IMG/VR virus record: IMGVR_UViG_3300012157_000002
Location: 1 to 55,658 of that record
Origin: a virus
Lineage: Duplodnaviria > Caudoviricetes
Direction: 5' to 3' (one strand)
Length of the DNA stretch: 55,658 nucleotides
Program-made: the position numbers and the translations under genes
In this document: in pieces, positions 55,085-55,658 of the stretch
Layout of the letters: every line of letters starts with the position of its first letter
How positions within the stretch are numbered: position 1 is the stretch's first letter
Notes under the pieces: model-generated
Told to the model about the DNA's origin: nothing
The model's database searches: none
The model's input: the letters and a program-made list of their open reading frames with translations, nothing else

Positions 55085-55537
55085 ATGTGCTGCAATGACT
55101 CGCCAACACCTGCTCGAACACAACAACAGATAGATGCCGTAATGCTGGGACTGCCCCAGGCCGTTATCGCGCATAGCGATCCATATCACCCGCTGGCGTC
55201 AAGCATCAAGAACTCCATGCCTCTGGGGGCCGGCAGTGTGTACAGCCGCCCCGCTGTGCATAACGACGGGTCAATCGAATACAAGCCTGTGGACGCCGGC
55301 CCGCCGCCAGAAGTAAACGGCTACACCAGAGACGAGTTTAACCCGTGGCTCTTTCACCCACTGTGGCCGGAATGCCAGCTTCGCATGGCGGGTGTGCGCA
55401 AGGCACCAAATGGTGCAATCGACTTGAAGATGGTCTGCAACAACCCGGTGGTGAAAGACCACTTCATGCGATTCGTTAAGTCAGACGACTGTGCCGCCTG
55501 CACTCAACGAAAAAACCCCGCTCAACCCGAAGGCTGA
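55085..55537 (+). CDS. hypothetical Cys-containing protein
   Basis: ORF ending at the terminator. Confidence 0.65.
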   Translation: MCCNDSPTPARTQQQIDAVMLGLPQAVIAHSDPYHPLASSIKNSMPLGAGSVYSRPAVHNDGSIEYKPVDAGPPPEVNGYTRDEFNPWLFHPLWPECQLRMAGVRKAPNGAIDLKMVCNNPVVKDHFMRFVKSDDCAACTQRKNPAQPEG

Positions 55538-55546
55538 GCGGGGTTT
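55510..55546. terminator. bidirectional intrinsic terminator
   Basis: AAACCCCGCTCA/TGAGCGGGGTTT with A and T tracts on either side. Confidence 0.8.
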
Positions 55547-55658
55547 ATCTGGGCTACTGTCCGTATATCGCATCCACTAGGCCAAGTTCCTTGGCCTCTT
55601 GCGCAGTCAGGATCAAGTCCACTGCGCACTTCTTTCGCCAGTAGCTCACTGGCCTGCC

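Overview
A 55.7 kb segment of a large temperate dsDNA phage, covering the early/replication and accessory part of the genome. No virion genes were recognised. The host is probably a Planctomycete (inferred from recall of two protein families, not searched). Nearly all genes from 1 to 49.5 kb lie on the minus strand, and a divergent plus-strand unit (HNH, primase-helicase, dNMP kinase, DEDDh exonuclease) starts at about 49.8 kb. The window holds a tyrosine integrase and excisionase with an attP built on the 3' part of tRNA-Thr(CGT), two sigma-70-family factors, a family A DNA polymerase with DnaJ-type Zn-finger insertions, an SNF2 helicase, a DNA ligase, three DNA methyltransferases, three HNH/EndoVII nucleases and six tRNA or tRNA-like genes, five of them non-canonical. 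The most notable system is an RNA-surveillance/repair module. Ro60 (TROVE) is preceded by three RNAs sharing a bulged-C helix resembling the Ro-binding site. One of them is a complete tRNA scaffold with that helix in place of the anticodon loop, i.e. a circular permutation of YrlA Y RNA. RtcB, an Rnl5-type RNA ligase, phosphoesterases and an RNase AS-like exoribonuclease lie elsewhere in the window. Other patterns read from the sequence are a recurring bipartite promoter-like motif (CCA-N13-GGTGTAG), 12 proteins ending in Ala-Ala, two unassigned structured intergenic RNAs and an 18-bp inverted repeat at the divergence point. All calls are by-eye motif recognition; no searches or folding programs were run.
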